Shown here one piece after another: positions 35,001 through 48,455 of a DNA stretch of 64,000 nucleotides. Numbering within the stretch: position 1 is the stretch's first letter; the number at the start of each line of letters is the position of its first letter. Source of the stretch: Podarcis filfolensis (Eukaryota); assembly GCA_964270895.1 (NCBI GenBank), contig OZ185436.1. One strand, 5' to 3'. A program made the position numbers and the translations under genes. The notes beneath the pieces are model-generated. The model worked only from the letters and a program-made list of their open reading frames with translations. It was not told where the DNA came from and did no database searches.

Positions 35001-36599
35001 CTTTTACAGTAAAAACCCATTAGATGAGTTACTGTTGTAATTTAATAATGGGATTGGGGAACTACAGAAAATTACAAAAGTCTATAATTAAAGCGAATCT
35101 CTCTTAAAAGGCTCGTTTTCATCGTGTCACATTCCCCCCCCCCCTTCCTTGAACCTCCTTATCTTCCTTTAAAAATAAAAACCAAGCGCTGAGAGGAGAA
35201 TGCTGTAACCGTGGCACTTTTCTCTGGAAACCTCATGCTACACACCTTTTATGCTCATAAATCTGTGCATATTTATGAATCGGGGCAGCCAACACTCCAA
35301 ACGAGATTACACAGATGATTACACCTTTTAGCTTTACCTGGCAAGAAATGTTAGGGAGGCAAAAATTCCTACTATAGCCAAGGCACACTGATGCTTTATA
35401 CAAGGCCTCCTTGCTTTTTTTAAAAAAAGTGTTACATGTGACGCTCATAAAACAGGAGAGGTAAGGAAAACTTCAGGGTTGGTTTTCTGGAATGAGGACC
35501 AGGTTTCTTCCTCCTCCTCCTTTTCTAAAAGAAGCCGTATAAAGTGGGTGTACCAAAAGGAGCAATAACATTACAGTTCAATTACAAATCAACTACAAAA
35601 GACAGCAGCTGCAACAGCAAGCAAACTCCTGCATAAAAGCTAACATTTTAAAGTAGCAAATAGAAAACAAGAAGACGTGTACAGGGCTCCTTTGTGTTCT
35701 TGGCAAGGAGGTGTATCGGTGCCTCCAAAGCTGGGAGAGGCCATGGACCAGAAACTCAAAAAGTTTGCTTTTCATTGCCTTTTGCACAATGATATGAGAT
35801 GATAATTGTTCACATTTCCTGGGTCCTGGTTTTATTTTTCCAGAAGGGGTGAAGGTTAGACCACAACCTGTTTCATAGTCCTGGTAAATTATTAGTATCT
35901 GTGCCCTCCTGCAGGCCTCCATTGCAATATGCCTGGTTCCCTAGTCATATAATGCAAACTCTCTTTCCCTTTCTCTGTGTATAATAGGAACTGTTTAAGC
36001 TTAAAACCCAGGCAGTGTGAGCATGGATAGTCTGTATAACCTGTATTTATTAACTGCCTTGCTATTTATTTGTTTATCTTTTAGAAAATTCAAAAGCTAT
36101 TTGCTCAAAAACAATAAATAAAAATGTCCCAAGCGGTGTGCAAGTCCATCACTTAATATTTCTGTAATGGTGCTTCAAATTATAATGCTGTTTTACTGAC
36201 TTTTTGCTATGTTGTGTAATTAAACATACACTATTCCATTTCTTTATTATTTATTATAATGTATAATTATTGTTTCTTGCAATCCATCCACCCATCCACT
36301 CATGAGAGCCCAGGGTGGGGGCTTAGCATAAAAATTCAGCATCAATGGCAGAAGCAGAACCACAATACAAAATGGAACATACAGTAATAATCCACATTAC
36401 ATTATACACATTTACAATATGGAGAGTGGATTGAATCTTGGCTTCTTGAATCATTATCTAGACCACCAAGTAGTATTTTGTCTACAATGCAGTCCTATAC
36501 ATGATTACTCAGAAGTAAGCCCAGCTGAGTCAGGTGGAGCTGGGTAACAATGCAAAATAATTGCTACAAAACATGGTCCAGAAGTGGCATAATTGTGTT

Positions 36600-37075
36600 T
36601 TTTAAAAAATAATAATAATAATCCCCATGCAGGTGAACCTTGGTGCCCAGAGATCTAATGTGCAATTGCTCAATGGACATAAAACAGGACTGAACACATC
36701 AGTTATGGAAATTATACCTTTACTATTCCACTTAGAGAAAACATGATAAGCTAAGTCTAGTAGAGACCTGGATAATCGTAAATTGATACTAACAGAAAAG
36801 AACAAGTAGATCTGTCAGTCTGTGTTATATGTGCCCCATTTCCCATCATACACCATCACAAATGCAAGAAATAAGAGCTGAGTTTTCATAGCCTTGCATA
36901 TTTGACTTTCTTGTATTTGGCAAAAGAAAGGGATACTTTTAATTCTAAATACATCTACCTTTGAATAACCTGTAATAGCCCTCTTTACCCCCTCCCCACA
37001 GAAAAAAATGAACAATCCAAGCCATGGAAACTGATAACATAATTTGCTACCAAGGCCCAATTCATGCGATTTCCA
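36600..37075 (-). pseudogene. Possible ancient L1-like ORF2 relic
   Basis: Weak similarity of minus-strand translations (FSKWNSKGIISITDVF; GLGSKLCYQFPWL) to post-RT L1/Tx1 regions. Confidence 0.3.
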
Positions 37076-37109
37076 GTAAAATCTATCAGGTTTTCAGACA
37101 TAAGAAAAC

Positions 37110-37260
37110 AGGTCTTTTTTGGTGCTGGCTTCATCTCTATGGAGCACCTTTCCATGTGAGGTAAGACTGGCTCCTTACTTGACTGTTTTTAAACTGGCCT
37201 TAAAGACCTGGTGTCTCACTCTGCTTTTAATTGACGGTGATTTTATATTTTACAAAAATT
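37110..37260 (+). mobile_element. L2-like LINE 3' end
   Basis: GGTGCTGGC..CTCTATGGAGCACCTTTCC..GAGGTAAGACTGGCTCC..TTTAAACTGGCCTTAAAGACCTGG. Confidence 0.55.
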
Positions 37261-39441
37261 ATCAACTCATCCCATGGATTTCAATGGGATCTAAGTTGAA
37301 CTCACTTAGCCTGGATCGAACCCTATCCCATTCATGCTGTTTATTCTTAGCTTCCAGTGATTTCATGTGATGGGACAAGGGACACTTGATGCAATCATCT
37401 TTATTAATAACCATTCACAGGTCCATTTTCCATAACTTTGTTTTAATATCTTTATATTATTAGTGAAAACTATTTCCTGTGGCACAGAGTTCCACTGATT
37501 ACAGTATGATGTTAATCTTCACTGCCAGGCATCCAAAGGGTTTAGAAATGCAACTGTGCGCTGTCTGCATCCAGTGTTAAAATGCTTCTGCACATGAAAA
37601 ACATCTGCTTGCCTTTGCAGCAGGAGAGGGGGAGGCAGGAGAGTGTAAATATGGCTATCCGTTTTATTTTTAAAACTGAATAATATTTTAATGACTTTTG
37701 TTATTGCATTAAAACCCGTCCTCTGCATTTATTTGTGCATAATCTTCAATCTGGGAGAGTGGCAAGCAGCTGTTATAGTTGCTTGACTTAATGCAGCCAT
37801 GTGACAGAAAAGTCTAATGAAGAGTTCCATGATATGAATGTAATTGTAAAGCGGGTGGGGGAGATTGAAAAATTGGTTCCAGTAGTGTGCGATGCAAGAG
37901 TTCATTTGTTTCCTCATTCATGCACTAAACAAGGTCCTAATTAATCTTGGACCCTAGAAGGAAAGAGACTAGATTGGCATCTTCTGAATAAGAATGTACT
38001 TCACATTTTTGGAAAGTTTGAAGAGGCTCTTCAGCTTTCTCTTTTAATGGTATTTTTGTGGGGTTTAAAGTGGCTTTCATTAGGCAGCCAAAGCTACTAA
38101 TTGCATTACCATATTTTTTAAACTTTGGAGATGCAGATTAGATCTAGACATTTCCAAAATAATCAGATTAATTTCCTAGCTGGAAGCATCTCCGTTTCAT
38201 CTGAACTGAGAGGTCTCTCCCCTTTGGTGCTTGTCCTGATTGATAGCAATTGTGTTGGTCGACTGGACCAACAAGATGTTCTCTGGCTAAACAACCTGCC
38301 AGATGCTGCTACAGCACTCTGGTCTTTAATGTGCATCCTGCAGGGCAGTGGGAAGGGTCGCATCAGGGTCAGACCTGGCATTGGATGAGCCTAGCAGCAA
38401 ATACATGCACCCTGAGAAATTGCATAGATGACAAGAAGCCTGTGTTTACTGGCCAGAGTGTGGCCTTTGGCTTCATGTGCTGGTTTGGCACACTACTCTC
38501 CTTGCATAGTTTATCTTTCCCCACAGAATATCTCTTTGGAAAATTGGGAATGCAGAAAGAAATGTGGTACACATGTGTGCAGGGAAAGGGGGGGGGAGTT
38601 TTGTTGCGCAAGCAGAAATCATTAGGCTGGTGGAACATGTTAGCTGGACACCACCCGCTTCCCAACACACCAGATCAATCATCTGATTAACCCCTTTCTC
38701 AGGTGTGCTGCGTGGATCAGCTGAGGAGGAGGGGCTGTGTGTGTACGTGTATGTCCTGTGTGGTGCGTGTGCCTGCATGTGATAATGTGGGCTGGCCATG
38801 CACACTGCATGAAGCCCCTGGAAGGTAAACACAGCCCTTGGACCAAAATAGTTAGCCACACCCAGGAGCAGCCAGCGAGAAGTGCCAATGCACACCTGGC
38901 TCTCCTGTCCCAGCATCACTAGAGCTTACCAGGACAGAGAGGGACAAGGTGGCAGGGAGATTGGTGCTGTGAAGGCACACTGGCAAGAATACCAAATTGG
39001 CATCTGCACAGCACTTTCTGGTAAGTCACAGTGATGCCAGTGGCAGGAAGCCAGGCACATGCTGCTGCTTTTCCTTGCTAGCCTCCCCTGATTAGCGGAA
39101 GTGCAGCCCCATCTGCCGCAGACTGAAAACAACCCCCCCCCCAAAAAAAAAAACACCACCAGGTAGGTCACCTAAAGACAGGACTTCTGTTTTTGTTTTA
39201 CCGCACCTCATCTAGCCCTTCATCATCTGCAGAAGGTTCTTTAAGCTCATAATGCCACAACTACATGGAAGTGGTTAACATTACGGAGTAAATCTTTTTT
39301 TAAATGATGTTTTAAATTTTGAATTTATTAAAGAAAAAGCACAAAAAAGAGAAAGGGGGAAACCCCCAAAACCCGTCCACTGAATTACACAATGCAATAA
39401 ACATTATTGCGTCCGTCTTAATTTTTACATAGTTCTATATA

Positions 39442-39683
39442 CAGTGGTACCTCGGGTTACATACGCTTCAGGTTACAGACGCTTCAGGTTACAGACTCCG
39501 CTAACCCAGAAATAGTACCTCGGGTTAAGAACTTTGCTTCAGGATGAGAACAGAAATCGTGCTCCGGCGGCACAGCGGCAGCAGGAGGCCCCATTAGCTA
39601 AAGTGGTGCTTCAGGTTAAGAACAGTTTCAGGTTAAGAACGGACCTCCGGAACGAATTAAGTACTTAACCCGAGGTACCACTG
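39442..39683 (+). mobile_element. Tigger-like MITE, 242 bp
   Basis: TA TSDs; TIR CAGTGGTACCTCGGGTTA / TAACCCGAGGTACCACTG. Confidence 0.93.
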
Positions 39684-42508
39684 TACTGTGTGTCACCCAA
39701 ATGAAGCTGGTGTTACAGAAAGTATGCCTGAATGTAGCAAACTCATTAACTATGGACACACAGTGCAATTCTGCGCATGCCTCCCTAAAAGTCAGCCCAG
39801 CTTACTTTCTTCCAGATAAGTGTCCTTAGGACTGCTGCCACATGATCCTACGCTAAAAGGTGGATCCTTATACCAATTTCACTTCTTCAGCTGCCGCATG
39901 CTTTGAAGTCTGGAATGCAAGGAGGAAAGGAAAAAATCTTAGCCTTGGGAAAGTAAGGAAGTGCTGTGCATTAGTATTTTTGCAGCAGTTCAGCGATTCT
40001 CATGACAGTCGATGGTCTTCTGAACTTTAATGAGGTCACTTCCTTGGGAGAGAGGTTTCAGCTAATCCAAGGGGTTTATCTAGGGCAGTATTATTGCAAA
40101 CTAGATAAGACAACATGCTTAGCACAAAACATATTTATCAGTTGTTGATTGCTGTTGGCCGCATTTTGTTAGTAGAAAGGGAGAGAGGCGGCAAACCAGC
40201 TTTTTCTAGAATTATAAATGTCATGATAAAAGCCAGCATAGAATCTGAATAAGGGGAAATATCTGGAACAAGGCTGAGGTGGAGCTGAATGCTGATCATA
40301 CTAACATACAAATGAACCTGTCCTCTCTCAATCGCCCAAGGATTTAATTCATTTTATTTACCTTTTTTTTTTTTGCAGATTGTGCCCTTGCTCATTTTGT
40401 CACCCCGTGATGCAATATATTATTGGCGTCCGCAGGACCAAGAGTCATTGGGGTTTCATTAGTTATGTTTATGCCAATAGAAATAAATCTCAGCAGTCAG
40501 AGGAGAGGTGGTTTGTACTACAGGCCCTGTCTAGGGAATGTGAGTGGCCGCATCCTTGATGTGCTGGTGAAGCAGATACAGTTTGAGATATACTTTTGCC
40601 TTATTGATTTCAAGGCTCCTTCATTACCTCCACAGCATTGCCAATCGATAACCAGGCCTGGAGCAACATAATAGATTTAAAAAGAAAAAAGAAAATCAAT
40701 TAAACAAAATATTCTTAGCAGAACCCCAGTGGAAAATTCTAGTTGCGTTTGGTGTTATCTTCTGTAAGGCTGCAATGGATTTACAATTCAGGTGTTTATT
40801 ATAATAAAGAATCTTTGTTTGAAGAGGCACATGCAGCAATATTAACACGTTTGCATCTGAAGGGTGATCACTTATTATTAAAAGCAGAAACCTCCCAGCT
40901 TTCTGCTTTGAAACTCAAATTCATCACAGAAGGCTTGCAGGAAAGTGAAATAATGTTTGTGGTCTTAGCTCAATCCCCACTGGACAATAACTCAGTTAAA
41001 ATACACTGAAATCCGTCATGATTCCCTCTCTCTCTCTCTTGCTTGCTCGCTCTCTGAATGCAGGGAGGACGGTTCCTTTTAAATTAGCTTTCATGCTTGA
41101 AAGGTTTTTCCTTGTGCATCAGAGCCCGATTCTGCTTCCGCTCAAGCCAGTAACAAAGCCAGCATTGATTTCTCTGGGTGCAGGATTGGGGTCAGAAAAA
41201 CAGATTTCCCAAAGGGCAACTCCCCGAAGGCTAAAAATGGCTCATGAAGTTCTAGAAAGGAGACCCTTCTGCCCTTCTCAGCTTGAGGTGGAATGAGGAC
41301 ATGGGGGAGATCATCAGGGTGGGGAGGAGGTTATTTCGGACAAGCAATCCCTCTTCATCGGGGAAGATATAAATGCAGGCAGGTGTTATTGCTGGATGCA
41401 TTTGAGATGAACAAAAATGATGCCATTTCAAAACCAAGTTAAGGATTTGCTTCTCCACATATGACTAAATCCCTTTAAGGTATTGACTTTCACACCAGGT
41501 TTCAATGTGCATGGTGGAGCTGAATCAGCTTTCCCCCCCAGTTTGTAAACCACAGTCACTTTGCCCTTGATTAGTTTCCTGGTGGTTTAGAGTGGGTGGA
41601 GAGAGAAACCTGACTATATATTAATTTTAATCTTTCAGAATTGGCTGTTTGGATGGGTTTGACTAGGCTGCTTTATGTGGTTTCCTCTCCCCTCCAAGAA
41701 ATAAGAAAGATCCAGACCCTGGTGGAAGTTGTTTTCTATGTATGCAAGGTGTGAAAGGTTTGAAAAAAGACATATTTCTTCCAGATATGCTGATATTTTG
41801 CAGGAACATGAGGGAGGAGCAGTCAGATGTCAGTGACTAGCGGAGTCCACACATACCCAAATCAAAACTCTAGCTCTAGTTCCAAATCATCAGTTCCTAA
41901 TACCTGTGGTTTTGTTGGGATGGGTCCGGACACTTAGGTTCTTAACTATATAGGGCCTGTAACCAATGTAACCACCCACCTGCTTTCTTAAAAGCTGCAG
42001 GGATAGGAGTTTTGGGCTTAGATGCATACTCAGAAATTGCAGGTAACCTCCCCTTCCCCCACATAGTTAGGAGCACCGAACGACAGGTTTTTAAGCAGCT
42101 CCTGTGTGATGGCTCCCAGGTGTCTCTGCAGCACTCTGTGAGTGGGCTTATGGGTCATCAAAGAGACAGAGGCCCCATCTGCGCCATACATATAGAGCAG
42201 CATTATCTTGTTTGGAAGCTGCAATTTGTTCACAACATAGCTGCTCACTGGAAGCAGGCATCCAGGGCATGTTTGGGTAGTGCTGTAAGATCTTCATGGG
42301 CTTATAGCCCATTTGCAGTTGCTGTTCAATATCCTCATGCTCAGCTTCAATGCCTAACACAGCTTGGGACTTGGGTACCCAAAGGAGAATCCACTCTCAC
42401 ATCCACCTACCTGTGCACTTAAGGAGGTCTCCCTCTGGGCATCCCTTGCTTTCTGAGGTGAGGTAGTGAATGAGGAGGGAACAGTCTCTGCTGCAGAACT
42501 CCACTTAC

Positions 42509-42628
42509 GCCGTTCACCAAAAGCTCCTTTTGATGCACTTCTGGTGCAAGATGGAGACTGTACATTTTTAGCCGCTTTCGTTGCAATTTTGCCTGCCAAT
42601 ACATTGCTTTGCTGTGCTTTACTATCAT
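42509..42628 (-). other. Candidate (alternative first) exon encoding 40 codons
   Basis: ATG at 42628, open frame MIVKHSKAMYWQAKLQRKRLKMYSLHLAPEVHQKELLVNG, then a GTAAGT donor (42508-42503); repeat-free, CpG-retaining context. The gene is not recognised. Confidence 0.25.
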
Positions 42629-43654
42629 TTCATGATTTGCTTCGTGGTTTGTTTTATTTGTTTGTATCGCCAGCTACTTCCAGCGCCCCCAACCACCTCG
42701 ACAAAAAGTTGTAAAGAAAAGTTAGGAAAGGGGAAGGGTGTCTTCCCCACTGTCTGTCAGCCTGCCACTCACTTTCAATTTACAAGGTAGACAAGGTGTT
42801 CTGTTTCTTTTAAGAGAAGGGGCTTGGCCTGCAGTGCCAATCCCTCTATGACCACTCTGCCACTAGAAGCTTCCCAGAAGGACTTTAGTGATACAGTATG
42901 ACACATCCCATTGCCATGGAAGAATTTGAGGAAGTGTGGGGGCCCTTGGATGGTCTGGTGCCCCAGAATAGGGCTTCCTAGTCAGGACCTTGTGGTGCTG
43001 CTGCCTGTGTGCTCTCCCCACCCCCCAAGTCAGGGAGGGAGGACTGCAGGGGGGAGGAGAGGGTGGTGAAGTCACATTGTGCAAGCAGAAGCCCATTACT
43101 CAAGCATGGACAGCTGTGGATACAGTCCTGTTTTGTTAAGAACAGCCAGGCTAATTTATTTATTGAGAAATATTGATTAAATAACGAATTAAAAATTGAA
43201 TGTTGGTTAAATAATTAACTTATACTTGGCCTTAAAAAAAACCACCTTTCCTTACAACGCAGCTCACAAAAACAAAGTAACAACAATATATAAAGCAACA
43301 TAATTAAACTAAAACACACCACCTCAATGCAATCAATCAATAAGGACAGGCAATTACACACATTAACATATTAAAACAACACAGCTCAGTAATAACAGGT
43401 GTGTTACTAACCTTCAATTTCAGTTGTCCATTTCAAGCTCCAAAAGTGCCCAAACAGTTTCAAAGTGTGTGCAGACTTTCTCTAAAACAGATAGTTCTTT
43501 TAAATTAGTTTACCTCCCTGCTACGTTTATTCTATGCTTTCACTGTCGGCCGCAAGGTAAAAACATCCTTGATGTTTTACTTCATTAAGCATGATAATCC
43601 CACAGAACAACATGCCACAAACCTAACTTAGTTCAGTTTACACTAATAACTATA

Positions 43655-43896
43655 CAATGGTACCTCGGGTTAAGAACTTAATTTGTTCTGGAGGTCCATT
43701 CTTAACCTGAAACTGTTCTTAACCTGAGGTACCACTTTAGCTAATGGGGCCTTCAACTGCCACCGCACTGCCGCCGTGCGATTTCTGTTCTTATCCTGAA
43801 GCAAAGTTCTTAACCTGAGATACTATTTCTGGGTTAGCGGAGTCTGTATCCTGAAGCGTCTGTAACCTGAAGCGTCTGTAATCCGAGGTACCACTG
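43655..43896 (-). mobile_element. Tigger-like MITE, 242 bp, opposite orientation
   Basis: TA|CAATGGTACCTCGGGTT..CCGAGGTACCACTG|TA. Confidence 0.9.
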
Positions 43897-46800
43897 TATT
43901 TTTATTCAGTAGGTTCCACACACAGAGAGAGACACACACACACATCGTACACAGGCTGTTGTCTCTTGAGGGCTCAGCATGGTTAATAATCCAAAGGCCA
44001 TACCCAACTACCAGAAGGCACTCTAGGAAGCCTGAAGGGACATATAATCATAGAATTGTAGAGTTGGAAGGGACCACAAGGGTAATCTAGTCTAACCCCC
44101 TAGTGGCCCTCCAGAAACTCCATCCACCATCCCTAGCCATCAAAGCCAATGGTGAGAGATGGTGGGAGCTGGAATCCAGCACCTTCTGGAAGAACCCAGT
44201 TTCCCATTCCTGGTCTAGAGCCCAGATAGCCATATGGAGAGACTGTTCCCTTCCGCTTGCCTCTTCTCCCTCTCTTCAGTTAAGCGGTTGTGCATTCCGC
44301 ATGGATGGAGAGGAGAATGAGAGGAATCTTCATAGCTGCAGAGTCTAATGAAACCATTGGGAGTAGCCTTCAGCTCTATTTCTCCATTAAATCTGAGTCA
44401 GGAGAGGCCATGCGCAAGGTGAACCTGCAGTGCCGGGAGGCAGATGGCTGCATGAGGGCTGAGAGGCAGAAACTGGATCCTTCTAAGAAGGCAGAGGCAC
44501 TGTGGGCGAGTGGTTCCTAGGTCCAAGAGTTGGGGGCTTTGACTGTTCTGGATGGGGCTTCACACCCTCTGAAGGTGTGCAATTTAGTCCCCCCTCCTGC
44601 TGCTGTCCAGGTGTTTTTAACCATGCCTCCCATCATCTCTGATCGTTGGTTGTGCAGGCTATAGCCCCAAACATCTGGAGAGCACCAGATTTGGGAAGGT
44701 TGGTATATACATAACATTTCTTTTGACTTGTCATTACCTCCAGTTCACACAGTTTCGCAGGTATGCAAAACAAAACAAAAACCCACATCACCTGTCCACC
44801 AGAGGCAAAAGTGGAGTGAGAGAGCACATTGCAAGCAGCAATTCCTCTTTCAAACTACCTTCAGCCCTCTGAAAACACGATTTTCTGTCTGCAGCCTTTG
44901 TAGACCTTTGCAATCATGTCTCAAGAGACTGGAACAGGAGATCTACTCATTATAGACAGGCCATGTGTACAGAAAGCATAGATGGTGGTAGCATTACAGT
45001 TGACATTTCTGCCTCTCCTTTCCCCCTTTGTGATATTACCATCCACGCTTCTTTTGCCGTTGAGAAAGGATTATTTCTCTATGATATTCTATACTCAGCT
45101 AGTCCACACTATTCTTGCAAGAAATGTAAAAAAGCATGAACTGCTCCTTACGAACACGTGTGGGTTTTGTTTGAGTAACACATGAGAGGAAGGAGGGGGA
45201 GAGGGCATGTTTGGAAGAGTGATTTGTTTGCTTTGGTGATAGTGAGCTCTGTTTTGGAGAGACAGATGGAAGGCACTTTTTATTTGCCGCAGACACTTCA
45301 TGATCCAAGCTGTCCATATTGTGTAAGAGAGGCCAGATGCCTTGTTAATTCATAGACATGTTTGCAGCATAGGGATCCTTAGTAGGTGAATATGAATGCT
45401 AAATAATTATTAGGGCTTGCTTGACAAACGTCTGCCTCCTGACTGAAACTGGAGCAAAGCTTTGACCTTTTCTAGAGCAGCAAGATATGCTGGCACATGA
45501 TAAGCTTTGGGAGCGATTTACACAGTTTAGAAAGGGAAGCTCCACAATAAGGTTTGGGCTGCAGGCATGAGAGGTTTTTAAGTAAGATTATGCCTGCAGA
45601 GATGGGCAAGGAAGGCCTTTGTTCCTAGCAAAATCCAGGAGTAGGTTTCCTGGAAGACTGGAAGTCTGGAGATCATCATGTCTTTAAGCGCTACAAGACA
45701 TGGAATGAAGCTGCTGGCCATTCCTCCAGTGGTCCTGTTACCCACTCCCCACCTCCATTTTACTGGCCAGGCCAGGTGGAATAGGGTGGATTAAAAGGAC
45801 CAATGAAGGAACAGGGTGGGGGGTAAATGCACAGAGGAACATAATGCTTTGAAATATTTAGAAGTATGGGCACAAACTTCTAGAGGGTACTGCTGTGTGC
45901 ACATACGAGTTCCCCAGGCCCTGAAGGGAACAACCCATACATGGTGCCAGTAATTAGCTAGGTCAGGCACTGGCTGGGGGCCAGGAGCTTGGAAGAGCCC
46001 CACACTGGCCCAAGCCTGACCCTGCCGTAGAGGCCACGATGCACTAGTGCTCACTCACCTGCCTCGCCTCTGTACAGCCTGCTGCTACTCACTCATTGGC
46101 TGCTGGATCTGGCACAGAAGGCAGATGATGCAGTAAATGCCTTTTTGATTGGGTGTTGCTCAACTCCCACGACTGGGGGCTGCCTGCCATCACATTACCC
46201 AAGATGCAATGCCCTGATGAGGTGATGCAAGAAGAGGAGAGTGCTACAGAATGGGTGGAGACAGCTGAGGGGTGAGGCTGCAGAAAGGCACGGGCCCTGC
46301 TATGTTCCTTTTTTGGGTGTTTATTATATTGACGTTAGGACTTCCAAAAGCCGTCAATGTGCTGGCCAGCCGCAGGACTTGATGGAAGCATTTTGGTCAC
46401 ACTAACTGTTTGATGCCCCTAATACATGGCTTTTAAAGCCACGACACCCCATTGCAGACAACAGAAGAGCTAGTCTTTTAAAGAGAGAGAGAGTTTAATT
46501 CTGATCAGACTTCCCAATAGATAAAACCCGCCTTTCTGAATATTTGTGTAATTTGATAATGGCGGTTAATAATAACAACAGCATTTTTAAAGGGCTTCTC
46601 CTTACTAGCAATGTACCGACTATTGCCAATTATTCAGAAAAAATGGCTAGGTTTTTACTGCCATAGACCATGTTCCAAGAAGCAAAGCACCGCTGAAGAG
46701 CTTGGCCTCTTGTCAGCTTGGCACCCACACATGGCAAAATGATTGCAACTGGCTGAGCAAACTCAGCTGATGCAATTTGTCTGCTGTCTCAGGGTGGAAG

Positions 46801-47090
46801 CTGAATGATGCACACGGCTTTTTGGCAACCAAGCTCAAGAAGCAGATCACTTGCTCTGTGGACTGAAAAACTCATGCCTTCTCTCCAGGCATTGCCTCTC
46901 AGCAGGAAATCAAGCCTGATACAGGAGCAAGAAAAAGAAACTGCACAGAGAACATTTAGTGAGGTTGGAAACACTGAGCTCTTCTGATGCCCTATTAAAA
47001 GCTAGCGTGACTACTTCCTTCTTTGGCATTGCATTCCCATACAGATTATCCCCATAGGAAGTAGCCTTATACCAAGTGAAACAATTTGCA

Positions 47091-47250
47091 GCTGACTCCA
47101 ATATTGTCTACCGGGCGGTAACGGATTTCCAGCATCAGCCTGAGATCTTTCACTTCACCCGGGATGCTTTTAGTTGGGAGATGCCTGGGACTGAACCTGG
47201 GACCTTCTGCACGCAGAGCATGCATTCTTCCAACTAACTCACGGTCCTTC
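47091..47250 (-). mobile_element. Squamate tRNA-derived SINE
   Basis: AATATTGTCTAC..GGAGATGCCTGGGACTGAACCTGGGACCTTCTGCACGCAGAGCATGC. Confidence 0.65.
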
Positions 47251-47559
47251 CCCAAGGGACATCGTTTTTCAGGTGAAGAAAAAGGCCCACACATGCTCAG
47301 CATTAACATTCCTGAGCATCTGCCAAGTGCCGTTCAGTGTGCATGGTTTCCAAAAGTTACAAATAAAATCAAAAGCAAAGTCAGAGGTTTGTTGTCACTC
47401 TATTTTGAAAAACCATCATCACCCAGGGGATGTTTAATAGTTCTGACTCCTCTAGAGGTCTCTGAGATGTGAGGTCCTGATCCTGAAGAGCATATTCTTC
47501 ACCAAGCACATAAATTCTCCCACTTACGACTCGGCATTTCTTCACACAATGCACAATTA

Positions 47560-47870
47560 CTAATTCTGGGAATTCACTGCCCAGTGATATGGTGGTGGCC
47601 CTTGGCTTAGGTGGCTTTAGAAGAGGGTTAGACAAATGCATTGGTGGCTGTGAAGAAGGAGAGCTAAATAGAACCCTGAAGATCAAACGCCATGTAGCTC
47701 TGAATACCAGCTGCTAGGCAGGGGTGGTGGTGGTGGTGGAAAGCTATTGCTACCATATCCCACTTGTGGGCTTCCTGGAAGCATCTAGTTGACCACTATT
47801 GGGAATAGGATCCTGGACTAAATGGACTCTTACCTGATGAGGCAGGATTGTTGACATTATCTTATGTGGG
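47560..47870 (+). mobile_element. Old CR1 LINE 3' end
   Basis: GGGAATTCACTGCCCAGTGATATGGTGGTGGCC..GGCTTTAGAAGAGGGTTAGACAAAT (WNSLP.DVV..GF.RGLDKF) and 3' UTR GGATCCTGGACTAAATGGAC..CTTATGT. Confidence 0.65.
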
Positions 47871-48224
47871 GACCGGATCTCTTTCCAATTGTAGCTTTCC
47901 TGAATTTTGCCAATATCACAGTGCGCCCTGTAGGAGTGAATGATAATGGTTTTAACTGCCCAAGCCAGAAGGAACATCAGATCTGCTTTTTGGACTCTGC
48001 TTGTGCCCATATGGGCAGACGTTTAGACTCTGATCTTGTCTACTCCAATAAACCTGACCGATGGTGCATTGTTTGAATTTTGTCTACTTGCACTTAACTG
48101 CCTTCAGATTATGGGAATACCAAACAATATGTATTTGGCCAGAACGCAATGTCATGATAAATGTGTTGCTGCTCCTGAAAACAGCAGTTGCTTTGGGTTC
48201 TCCCTTCCCTGCCATGTAATTTAC

Positions 48225-48455
48225 AACCTTTGGCCCTCCAGATGTTGCTGAACTGCAACTCCCATCATCCCTGGATACTTTCTGGGGCTGATTTAAGTTA
48301 AGGTTCCCCATACCTGATTTACAACAATGGGGGTGGGGAACTTGTGGGGAACCCTCTAGATGTTGTTGGGCTCCAACTTCTATCGGCCCCAGCCCCATGG
48401 CCAAGGGTTAGGGAGCTGTAGTTCAACAGCATTTGGAGAACCAAGGTTTCCCCAC
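48225..48455. mobile_element. Two tandem hairpin MITEs (CCCTCCAGATGTTG family)
   Basis: AACCTTTGGCCCTCCAGATGTTGCTGAACT..AGGTTCCCCA, then GGGGAACTTGTGG..CTAGATGTTG..CAGCATTTGGAG..GGTTTCCCC. Confidence 0.55.
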
